NCBI GenBank assembly: GCA_002269645.1
Contig: NIVC01001826.1
Span: 62,001-126,000, forward strand
DNA: 64,000 nucleotides
From: Macrostomum lignano
Taxonomy: Eukaryota
Direction of reading: 5' to 3'
Part shown: positions 17,090 to 36,200 of the stretch, piece after piece
Position numbering within the stretch: the stretch's first letter is position 1
Layout: every line of letters begins with the position of its first letter
The notes under the pieces: model-generated
What the model saw: the letters and a program-made list of their open reading frames with translations, nothing else
Told to the model about the DNA's origin: nothing
Databases searched by the model: none
Program-made: the position numbers and the translations under genes

Positions 17090-20000
17090 TCATCCAGAGG
17101 CGGTGCTCAAAGTCTGACTGCTTTCATTGCAAGCCGAGCAGGTGTCAATGTGCCCATCAACCAGGGCCAACAGACGGGCCAAATCGTCTCTCAGAGTGCC
17201 GGCTACGACCAGGTCCAGCAGGTCCTGATAAGAGTACATATTGTGATTGTTGAGAAAGTGCAAACGGTGCTCCGGCAGCTGCGGATGTAATGGATGGATG
17301 GTTGAACGTGTGAGATGTAAACTGTGCCACAGCTGCAGCGATTCGTAAAAAAATCCATGGAAACTGGGCATCTGAGACAGGCAGGATGGGGAGTGAGACA
17401 AGTGAGAGGAAAAGAGCGCGAGTGTGAGGGACAGTGAGAGGAAGAGGGAGGGAGGGAGAGAAGTAGAGGGAGAGGGAGAGGGTGAGAGGGAGAGAGTAAG
17501 TGAGGCAGAGTGAGAGGGAAGGAGACAGAAGTAGAGGGAGGGGGAGTGAGGGAGGGAGAGGAGGGAGAGAGAGGGAGAGAGAGGCAGGGAGGGAGAGGGA
17601 CGGAGAGAGAGGCAGGGAGGGAGAGGGAGGGAGAGAGAGGGAGAGAGAGGGAGGGAGAGAGAGGGAGGGAGAAGGGAGAGAGAGGGAGGGAGAGTGAGGG
17701 AGAGAGAGAGGGAGAGAGAGGGAGGGAGAGAGAGGGAGAGTGAGGGAGGGAGAGTGAGGGAGGGAGAAGGGAGAGTTAGGGAGGGAGAGGGAGAGAGAGG
17801 GAGAGTGAGGGAGAGAGAAGGAGGGAGAGTGAGGGAGGGAGAGGGAGAGAGAGGGAGGGAGAGAGGGAGGGGGAGTTAGAGGGAGAAAAAGCAGATCTAG
17901 ACAGCAGCAGTGAAGTGTGCAGTGAGAAGCAGGGCAGACAGGGCCCAGCAACACTAGCTGAGCCTCATCGCTCACCAGCTTGGCCAGCCCCAGCCGCCGG
18001 AAGCCCTGACAGGCGCTGAGCAGCGGCACCAGCCGGCTGAGCCGAGCCCTAAGCTGGTCAAAATCGCGAGCCGCTGGCAGCTGCCGGCCGGCTACGCTGA
18101 CAAACACGGTTGCTAAGGGCGAGGCCAGATCGATAGCCGGGCGAGTGCGCGAGAACCGAAGCACTTCGAGTGCGCGCCGGCACACGGGCTGAGGCGTGGC
18201 GTCCAGCCGGCCGAGGATGAAGCTGGGCAGGGGCACCGCATCGCCCCAATGGCAGGCGTGGCAGTACAGCAGGCCGGTGTAGTGGCACAGCCGCGCCTCC
18301 GACAGCTGAGTTAGGGATCTGGGAGGAGGAGGAGGAGCGATTGGGGCGGAGGCGATTCTTGCTGCGCTTCACAGCAGACTTCAGTGTGTTTCAATGCGTT
18401 TTGAGGGGTTATTGGGGCGATTCGGAAGCCATTATCAGGGTGCTTCCGGCAGGGAGTTTCAGGGGCGATTCTCAGATGTTTCAGGGGCCATTTTCAGGGT
18501 GTTTCAGGGGCCATTCTCGGGTGTTTCAGGGGCGATTCTCAGGTGTTTCAGGGGCCATTTTCAGGGTGTTTCAGGGCCCATTCTCAGGTGTTTCAGGGGC
18601 GATTCTCGGGTGTTTCAGGGGCAATTCTTAGGTGTTTCAGGGGCCATTCTCAGGTGTTTCAGGGGCGATTCTCAGGTGTTTCAGAAGCCATTCTCAGGAT
18701 GCTTCAGGAATGTTTATAAAATTGTTTCAGTGTTTTGTGAAGATTCGTAGAATTTTCCAGAGGAGATTATTAATGTTCATGATGACACCAGAAAATCGAT
18801 TCTTAGATTGCGATTCTTATCAGATGTTTCAGGGGCGATTCTCAGATTTTTCAGGGGTGATTCTCAGGTGTTTCAGAGGCGATTCTCGGGTGTTTCAGGG
18901 GCGATTCTCAGATGTTTCAGGGGCCATTCTCAGGTGTTTCAGGGGCGATTCTCGGGTGTTTCAGGGGCGATTCTCGGGTGTTTCAGGGGAGATTCTCAAA
19001 TGTTTCAGGGGCCATTTTCAGGGTGTTTCAGGGGCCATTCTCGGGTGTTTCAGGGGCGATTCTCAGATGTTTCAGGGGCCATTCTCAGGTGTTTCAGGGG
19101 CGATTCTCAGATGTTTCAGGGGTGATTCTCAGGTGTTTCAGAGGCGATTCTCGGGTGTTTCAGGGGCGATTCTCGGGTGTTTCAGGGGCGATTCTCAGAT
19201 GTTTCAGGGGCCATTCTCAGGTGTTTCAGGGGCGATTCTCGGGTGTTTCAGGGGCGATTCTCGGGTGTTTCAGGGGCGATTCTCGGGTGTATCAGGGGAG
19301 ATTCTCAAATGTTTCAGGGGCCATTTTCAGGGTGTTTCAGGGGCCATTCTCAGGTGTTTCAGGGGTGATTCTCAGATGTTTCAGAGGCGATTCTCGGGTG
19401 TTTCAGGGGCGATTCTCGGGTGTTTCAGGGGCGATTCTCGGGTGTTTCAGGGGCGATTCTCGGGTGTTTCAGGGGCGATTCTCGGGTGTATCAGGGGAGA
19501 TTCTCAAATGTTTCAGGGGCCATTTTCAGGGTGTTTCAGGGGCCATTCTCGGGTGTTTCAGGGGCGATTCTCAGATGTTTCAGGGGCCATTTTCAGGGTG
19601 TTTCAGGGGAGATTCTCAGATGTTTCAGGGGCGATTCTCGGGTGTTTCAGGGGCGATTCTCGGGTGTTTCAGGGGCGATTCTCGGGTGTTTCAGGGGCGA
19701 TTCTCAGGTGTTTCAGGGGCCATTTTCAGGGTGTTTCAGGGCCCATTCTCAGGTGTTTCAGGGGCGATTCTCGGGTGTTTCAGGGGCAATTCTTAGGTGT
19801 TTCAGGGGCCATTCTCAGGTGTTTCAGGGGCGATTCTCAGGTGTTTCAGAAGCCATTCTCAGGATGCTTCAGGAATGTTTATAAAATTGTTTCAGTGTTT
19901 TGTGAAGATTCGTAGAATTTTCCAGAGGAGATTATTAATGTTCATGATGACACCAGAAAATCGATTCTTAGAGAGCGATTCTTATCAGATGTTTCAGGGG

Positions 20001-23000
20001 CGATTCTCAGATTTTTCAGGGGTGATTCTCAGGTGTTTCAGAGGCGATTCTCGGGTGTTTCAGGGGCGATTCTCAGGTGTTTCAGAAGCCATTCTCAGGA
20101 TGCTTCAGGAATGTTTATAAAATTGTTTCAGTGTTTTGTGAAGATTCGTAGAATTTTCCAGAGGAGATTATTAATGTTCATGATGACACCAGAAAATCGA
20201 TTCTTAGAGAGCGATTCTTATCAGATGTTTCAGGGGCGATTCTCGGGTGTTTCAGGGGCAATTCTCGGGTGTTTCAGGGGCCATTCTCAGGTGTTTCAGG
20301 GGCGATTCTCAGGTGTTTCAGAAGCCATTCTCAGGATGCTTCAGGAATGTTTATAAAATTGTTTCAGTGTTTTGTGAAGATTCGTAGAATTTTCCAGAGG
20401 AGATTATTAATGTTCATGATGACACCAGAAAATCGATTCTTAGAGAGCGATTCTTATCAGATGTTTCAGGGGCGATTCTCAGATTTTTCAGGGGTGATTC
20501 TCAGGTGTTTCAGAGGCGATTCTCGGGTGTTTCAGGGGCGATTCTCAGATGTTTCAGGGGCCATTCTCAGGTGTTTCAGGGGCGATTCTCGGGTGTTTCA
20601 GGGGCGATTCTCGGGTGTTTCAGGGGAGATTCTCGGGTGTTTCAGGGGCGATTCTCGGGTGTTTCAGGGGCGATTCTCAGATGTTTCAGGGGCCATTCTC
20701 AGGTGTTTCAGGGGCGATTCTCGGGTGTTTCAGGGGCGATTCTCGGGTGTTTCAGGGGCGATTCTCGGGTGTATCAGGGGAGATTCTCAAATGTTTCAGG
20801 GGCCATTTTCAGGGTGTTTCAGGGGCCATTCTCAGGTGTTTCAGGGGTGATTCTCAGATGTTTCAGAGGCGATTCTCGGGTGTTTCAGGGGCGATTCTCG
20901 GGTGTTTCAGGGGCGATTCTCAGATGTTTCAGGGGCCATTTTCAGGGTGTTTCAGGGGCGATTCTCGGGTGTTTCAGGGGCGATTCTCAGATGTTTCAGG
21001 GGTCATTTTCAGGGTGTTTCAGGGGCCATTCTCAGATGTTTCAGGGGCCATTTTCAGGGTGTTTCAGGGGCCATTCTCGGGTGTTTCAGGGGCGATTCTC
21101 AGATGTTTCAGGGGCCATTTTCAGGGTGTTTCAGGGGAGATTCTCAGATGTTTCAGGGGCGATTCTCGGGTGTTTCAGGGGCGATTCTCGGGTGTTTCAG
21201 GGGCGATTCTCGGGTGTTTCAGGGGAGATTCTCAGATGTTTCATGGGCTATTTTCAGGGTGTTTCAGGGGCGATTCTCGGGTGTTTCAGGGGCGATTCTC
21301 AGGTGTTTCAGGGGCGATTCTTAGAGAGCGATTCTTATCAGATGTTTCAGGGGCGATTCTCGGTGTTTCAGGGGCGATTCTCGGGTGTTTCAGGGGAGAT
21401 TCTCAGATGTTTCATGGGCTATTTTCAGGGTGTTTCAGGGGCGATTCTCGGGTGTTTCAGGGGCGATTCTCAGGTGTTTCAGGGGCGATTCTTAGAGAGC
21501 GATTCTTATCAGATGTTTCAGGGGCGATTCTCAGATGTTTCAGGGGCGATTCTCGGGTGTTTCAGGGGCGATTCTCGGGTGTTTCAGGGGCGATTCTCGG
21601 GTGTTTCAGGGGCGATTCTCAGATGTTTCAGGGGCCATTTTCAGGGTGTTTCAGGGCCCATTCTCAGGTGTTTCAGGGGCGATTCTCGGGTGTTTCAGGG
21701 GCAATTCTTAGGTGTTTCAGGGGCCATTCTCAGGTGTTTCAGGGGCGATTCTCAGGTGTTTCAGGGGCCATTCTCAGGATGCTTCAGGAATGTTTATAAA
21801 ATTGTTTCAGTGTTTTGTGAAGATTCGTAGAATTTTCCAGAGGAGATTATTAATGTTCATGATGACACCAGAAAATCTACCCACCTAGAGCAGCCTTTAC
21901 AAGCGTAGTCCTGCTCTCTCAGACTGGGAAACATGTACAGCTTGGTCCATTCCAGCTTCAGTCGGCCGCTCTCTAATTCGTCCGCTATGCAGGGCCGCAC
22001 CATGCGGTCCAGACAGGCCGGGTGGGCCAGCAGGCCGCAGCGGCAGCACCGGCTGAACTGGCCGGCTAAGATGAAGCCCAGCTTCAGCAGCTCCTTGGCG
22101 CACACGTCGCACTGGCCAGACGGTTTGCCAGTCGAGGTGACAAACGCGTGGCTCAGGATTACCTGGGGGATTGTAATAATAGATACCTTGGGTAGGGCAA
22201 AAGTTTTGGGGATTTTAATTTTGAGTACAGGGATTTGAAGTTATCAGGATTTTTAATTGAGTAAAAAGGGATTTAGAGTTATGGGGATTTTGATTTGAGT
22301 ACAGGGATTTGAAGTTTGAGGATTTTGATTTGAGTACAGGGATTTGAAGTTTGAGGATTTTGATTTGAGTACAGGGATTTGAAGTTTGAGGATTTTGATT
22401 TGAGTACAGGGATTTGAAGTTTGAGGATTTTAATTTCGAGTATAGCTAGGGATTTGAATTTTTGAAGATTTGAAATTCGGGGATTTTGAGTTTGGCCATT
22501 CGAAGTTTTGCGCATTGTAGTTTGGATAATCGAGGCTAACTGGCCTGAAAAGTGAGCAGCGAGTTTCCAGTTTAATGAGCACCATAAACCCGATGGGCCA
22601 TTCTCACCCGCGGCTCGTCGTCTCGACCAACTTCGTCGACACTGCTGGCAGCCGGTGTGATGGTCAGATCCTCTCTAGCTTCGCTGTCATCATCGGCAGC
22701 AACGATGTCGCTAGCCGCCGCCGCCGCCGCTCCGGCAGTAGCAGCGCCAGTCTTTCCCGTAGCCAGCCGGACACTGTCCGAAAGCCGGTGCAGCCGAAAC
22801 TTCAATTCAATTAAACGCTCGTACAGCTGCCTGCGCCGCTCTTGACGCTCATCGTCAACTTCGCTGTCGGCTTGCTCGGCGACATTCTCGGCAAGGAATT
22901 CGGCCTGTAGGCGAGAGATCTCAGCCTGTAGGTCAGCCCGACTCTGATAGTCGTCTGGCTGCCGCCGCCTCTCCGGCGCGTAATGATCCTCGACCAGGCC

Positions 23001-23525
23001 GTCGGCGGCCGCCAGCAGCTGGTGTTGATGATGATTCGAGTTTATCGACGAACTTGACAGCGAGGATGGTGGCAACTGCGACGGAGGCGGCGGCGTCGAC
23101 GACGACGGCGGAGGCGTCGCCCGACGCTCCGAGTCGCTGCGCTGACGCCAGTGACCGAGGCCGAGGAGGAGCCCGGCGCCGACAATGTTGAACGGATTGA
23201 CCCGTTCGGCTTCTAGGCTGCTGGATAGGCTGCGATTGCGCTGACCAGCTGACATCGACGCTGCCGTTGCCGTCATAGTGGTCGTCAAAGTCACTGTCGC
23301 CGCCGCTGTACTCAACGACGTCGAATCACCGGCGTCAGCCAACGGCGACGACGACCAAACGTCGCCAAGATCGGCTGCCACCTCTGGCAGCGGCGATTCT
23401 TCGTCGCGTTGTCGCTGCTCGATTTGGCGACGATTGTCGGCGTTGGCATCGGCGTTGGCGTCGACATCGGCGTCGACGTCCAGTGACGCAGCTGTCAGCG
23501 GGCTTTGAGCTTCGGATTGTAGCAT
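17090..23525 (-). CDS. DEF8: DEF8-like protein (C1 domain plus Rubicon-homology/zf-RING_9 domain), up to about 575 aa; exons 23525-22608, 22162-21885, 18318-17976, 17278-17090
   Basis: DEF8 landmarks are in order: NPFN, EDHY, RLIELKFRLHRL, EPR|VILSHAF, C1 domain (CDVC...CCRCGLLAHPAC), QDYACKGCSR|SLTQLSEARLCHYTGLLYCHACHWGD, LHFLNNHNMYSYQDLLD and GHIDTCSAC. Splice phases are consistent. The start codon is uncertain. Confidence 0.88.
17400..17885. repeat. GA-rich polypurine low-complexity tract, DEF8 intron 3
   Basis: (GAGG/GAGA)n read directly. Confidence 0.95.
18410..21870. repeat. 20/21-bp minisatellite (TCAGGGGCGATTCTCGGGTGTT) with a recurring ~120-bp inserted block, DEF8 intron 2
   Basis: The block GAAGCCATTCTCAGGATGC...GACACCAGAAAATC recurs near 18685, 19850, 20085, 20320 and 21770. 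Confidence 0.97.
22200..22490. repeat. 35-bp minisatellite (GATTTGAGTACAGGGATTTGAAGTTTGAGGATTTT), DEF8 intron 1
   Basis: Direct reading. Confidence 0.9.
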
Positions 23526-24019
23526 AAAAATTTAACAAACATTTTATTGTTAGATTTCTTTACAGCTACTACTTATAAAATCGAATTCAGTAGTGTACCA
23601 ACGATTATTTAATAATAATTTTTAATTGCAGTATTACAGGCTCCTACTTTAAGTAGTTTTATTGCGAAAAATGCTATAATCGTAAAAAGAAAATAAAATG
23701 ATTGAAATTGTCTAACGATTATAAAAATCGAACGCAAGTCGCACAAAACGCTGCAGAGATATGGAGTGGCGGCATTTATTTTTTTTCTTATGATCCTCTA
23801 CAGCGAGAAAAAAACAATATGGATGCAATTATACATACAGAACAGAAAAAATCCTCAGACGAAAAGAAATAAAAGCTACCTATTAAGGGATAAAAATGAC
23901 ATTTTAACAGACAAAAATGCAACAGTGCTAATTGGTTACAATGGAACTCGTGTAAATATAACATTTCATGCTTAGAGTAGAAAATAGAAAAATAGCTAAG
24001 GCAGTGATGCTTTTAAGTT

Positions 24020-24330
24020 ACTGTCGCTTCCCCTTAGCAACCGAGCTTAATGGCTTAGTTACCGAGTCACTTAATGGCTTAGTTACCGAGTCACTTAATG
24101 GCTTAGTTACCGAGTTACCGAGTAGCTAAGGCCTTAGTTACCGAGTCGCTTCCCCTTAGCAACCGAGCTTAATGGCTTAGTTACCGAGTTACCGAGTAAC
24201 TAAGGCCTTAGTTACCGAGTCGCTTCCCCTTAGAAACCGAGCTTAATGGTCCTTAGTTACCGAGTCGCTTCCCCATAGCAACCGAGCTTACTGGGCCTTA
24301 GTTACTGAGTCGCTGCTCCTTAGCAACGGA
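24020..24330. repeat. Composite repeat (TTAGTTACCGAG / CCTTAGCAACCGAG) between Ku80 and DEF8
   Basis: Direct reading. Confidence 0.88.
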
Positions 24331-24654
24331 AATGTTAGGCCATATGTTTAGTGAGTAATTTCGAATAGCAAATACAACATTATTCAGTTATGAAGGAGAT
24401 ATTACACTTAGCTGGATAAAAAATGTAGGAACTAACTGGGATGATAAGAAGAGAATTATGGTCAAAGTCAAACTTGGCAAACAAAAGCTCAATTGTTATA
24501 ATTTAATAATGTAGTGCAGTTAAAACGCCTTCCTTCCTAACAAGAGACAAATTTGCAAATATGAAAAGTACTTTTTATTTCGTAGAACTAACCGCAATGT
24601 ACTTTATACGAAAGAATCAATTAAAAAAACTTTTATTTAAATTTCAAATCGAGC

Positions 24655-31646
<6,992 letters not shown>

Positions 31647-31729
31647 GAGAGGGCGGTTATGTCACTTGACTCTTGACCTGACTGTGAAACTGTCTGTATG
31701 ACTTCAGTGTAGGACTGTGAATATGATCG

Positions 31730-32055
31730 CCATGTGGGCTATTACCAACTAAACTATGACCGTCATGAGGCTATGACCAACTAAACTATGACCGTCATGT
31801 GGGCTATTACCAACTAAACTATGACCGTCATGAGGCTATGACCAACTAAACTATGACCGTCATGTGGGCTATTACCAACTAAACTATGACCGTCATGTGG
31901 GCTATTACCAACTTAACTATGACCGTCATGTGGGCATTACCAACTAAACTATGACCGTCATGAGCGGCTATGACTAACTAAACTATGAACGTCATGTGAG
32001 GCTATGACCAATTAAACTATGAACGTCATGTGAGGCTATGACCAATTAAACTAAG
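31730..32055. repeat. ~33-bp minisatellite (ATGACCGTCATGTGGGCTATTACCAACTAAACT) upstream of Ku80
   Basis: Direct reading. Confidence 0.92.
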
Positions 32056-32539
32056 AAGAATATTTTTTACTATGAAACTATGCTATTTAGAATTAAACAA
32101 CAGCAGAAACAAATTCTGAATTTTAAATTTCAAAATGTTATATTTTCTCAGAGGCATACAAACTATTAAAGCTAGCATTTTAGTCAACATAGACACAATA
32201 AAAAAGTCCACATTCAAATTTTAGAAATCAAATTTCATAAACCAATTCGTGATTGGCACGCCAGGCTGACCCAGCAGTAGGCGTTATTAAAAAGACTGTA
32301 CATCCTCCGCACGAAAGGGAAGGCGATTCATCGTTTTAAGGACAAAAGTAATAATTTTTTCAGAAATGCGCTACAAACAAAAGCAGTGACAGTTCGCAGT
32401 TGACATGTTAAGTTAGAGGCAGTTAACTTGACAATGAGCAATTCTGGTCGGTTTCTACGAGTATTAAGGTTGTACGAAACTAATATATATTAAGAATAGC
32501 TAGGAAATTGATATCTACTTTTCTACATCCTCACTTTCC

Positions 32540-33245
<706 letters not shown>

Positions 33246-33260
33246 CGAGTCTGCCCCCGG

Positions 33261-36200
33261 CTAATCAGAGTGCCTGGCAACAAAGGGCAGCTGGAGATTG
33301 TCCTCAACCGTGAACACCTGACCAAGCAGCAGCAGCAGGGTCAGGCTCACGGGCAGGTAGAGCAGGAACGGCAGCTCGTACACGTAGTTGACATTAGCAA
33401 CCAGAGTGGCCTGAGCCTGAGCTGAACGAGCATCGGCAGATGTTGTCAGTTCGAGCAGCAGCTGAGATTTCAATGGCCGACTGCCGGCGTCAAAGTACAT
33501 CAGGTGCGGCCCGGGCCGGGGGTAGCGCAGCGACAAGACCGCCTTGTTGTAGATGTGCACCTGGAAAGAGAGACAATATAGATATCTCACATTGGGACTT
33601 AGTAACGGGATCCCATATTGGGGCTTTCAAAAATTGGATCCTACATTGGAGATCTTGATTATGAGATCCAACAGTAGGGATCTAGAATAACGGGAACCCA
33701 CATTGGGGATCTTGAATAATGCGAACCCACATTGGGGATTTTAATAATGGCATCCCACGTTGGGGATCTTAAAAATGGGATCTCACATTGGGGATCTTAA
33801 TAATGGGATCCCACATTGAGGATCTTGATTAAGCGATCTAACTAACAGTAGAGATCTCTTAGTTTTTTAATGATGAATTCTAAAAATGAGGATCTCCAAT
33901 GATGGGATCCTATCAGAATGAAGCCTAAAAGTACACCAAGTGAAAGAGTTCAAAGGAAACTGTACAAAAGGTTGCTCACCCGAACTGTGTACACAACAGA
34001 CAAAAGTGCATTCGGATTGAGCAGATCATGGATCAAGATAGGCAGGATTAGCGTTGATCCGCTCTGCTCAATGTAGGGCGCGCCCTGGATACGAATCGAC
34101 AGCTGCGAATTGGGAAAATCAATGGAAGAGAAGTGCTCATAATTGTGATATGCCTAGCTAATTGCGTCATTGAAATACGAAAATAGACAGCTTACAGATT
34201 CTTGAATCTGCAGATCGCAGTCCTCTCCTGTAGTGTTATCTGAAATTTGTTGGTACGAAACAATCTTGTTGTTAGGATATCAGGATCTCAGGATGAAGGG
34301 AGCTCAGGATGGGGGATCTCGGGATGAGGGAGGGGATCTCGGGATGAGGGAGGGGATCTCGGGATGAGGGGATCTTGGGATGAGAGGTCTTGGGATGAGG
34401 GAGGGGATCTCGGGATGAGGGTGGGGATTTCGGGATGAGGGAGGGAATTTCGGGATAAGGGAGGGGATTTCGGGATGAGGGGATCTTGGGATAAGGGGAT
34501 CTCAGGATGAGGGAGGGGATCTCGGGATGAGGGGATCTTGGGATGAGAGGTCTTGGGATGAGGGAGGGGATCTCGGGATGAGGGAGGGGATTTCGGGATG
34601 AGGGGATCTTGGGATGAGAGGTCTTGGGATGAGGGAGGGGATCTCGGGATGAGGGAGGGGATTTCGGGATGAGGGGATCTTGGGATGAGAGGTCTTGGGA
34701 TGAGGGTGGGGATTTCGGGATGAGGGAGGGAATTTCGGGATAAGGGAGGGGATTTCGGGATAAGGGAGGGGATTTCGGGATGAGGGGATCTTGGGATAAG
34801 GGGATCTCAGGATGAGGGAGGGGATCTCGGGATGAGGGAGGGGATTTCGGGATGAGGGGATCTTGGGATAATGGGATCTTGGGATGAGGGAGGGGATTTC
34901 GGGATGAGGGGATCTTGGGATGAGAGGTCTTGGGATGAGGGAGGGGATCTCGGGATGAGGGAGGGGATCTCAGGATGAAGGGAGCTCAGGATGGGGGATA
35001 TCGGAATGAGAGAGGGGATTTCGGGATGAGGGGAGGGGATTTCGGGATGAGGGGAGGGATCTCGGGATGAGGGAGGGGATCTCGGGATGAGGGAGGGGAT
35101 TTCGGGATGAGGGGATCTTGGGATAATGGGATCTTGGGATGAGGAGGGGATTTCGGGATGAGGGGATCTTGGGATGAGAGGTCTTGGGATGAGGGAGGGA
35201 ATCTCGGGATGAGGGAGGGGATTTCGGGATGAGGGGATATTGGGATGAGAGGTCATGGGATGAGGGGACTTGGGATGAGGGAGGGGATCTCGGGATGAGG
35301 GAGGGAATTTCGGGATGAGGGGATATTGGGATGAGAGGTCTTGGGATGAGGGAGGGGATCTCTGGATGAAAGAGGGGATTTCGGGATGAGGGGATATTGG
35401 GATGAGAGGTCATGGGATGAGGGGACTTGGGATGAGGGAGGGGATCTCTGGATGAAAGAGGGGATTTCGGGATGAGGAGATATTGGGATGAGAGGTCATG
35501 GGATGAGAGGTCATGGGATGAGGGGTTTCGGATGAGGGAGGGGATCTTTGGATGAAGGAGGGGATTTCGGGATGAGGGGATATTGGGATGAGAGGTCATG
35601 GGATGAGGGGTTTGGGATGAGGGAGGGGATCTCGGGTTGAGGGGATATTGGGATGAGAGGTCATGGGATGAGGGGTTTGGGATGAGGGAGGGGATCTCGG
35701 GAATGAGGGGATCTCGGAATGAAGGGATCATAAAAAAATCAAAATTTTTACACCCCCTCCCACAACCAACCAATGAGACGATATCCCAGCTTCACCGCCC
35801 GCCCCTCGGTGGTGAGCACAACCAGATCTGCCAGTCCAGTCCGCTGGCTATTAACTCCGGTCAGGCCAAGCGCAGTGGTGGCGTTCAATCCGAAATCTAG
35901 GCTAGCGCCGGCTTCAGTCAGATCGGCCGACAGATCGATGGTAGCCAGCCTGCCGAGCCAGTCGACTCCGCCTAGTAACGTTACAGCATCGTCTCCGGTA
36001 CCGCGATGAGCATTGCTACTTAACTGGTGCGTTCGGTCAGCGCTCGGTTTTAACTGGCATGCGAATGGAGTCAGGCGCGACATCGGCTCCACCTGGCGAG
36101 ATTACGGGAGAATCCAGGGGCGATTAGCCATGATAATCTAGGGGCGATTTCCCATGAGAATCTAGGGGCGATTAGCCATGATAATCCAGGGGCGATTAGC

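Noticed and set aside
17279-17371. Longer DEF8 last exon using the acceptor at 17372 (adds 31 codons)
   Set aside because: It is in frame, but homology (GLAKL|LPEHRLHF matching LLLQLQDRQHF) favours the acceptor at 17279; it cannot be excluded as an alternative.
9927-21830. Long repetitive ORFs (SVCL..., [11 protein letters not shown]..., FQGRFSG...)
   Set aside because: They are stop-free frames of intronic minisatellites, open in several frames at once, with no domain content.
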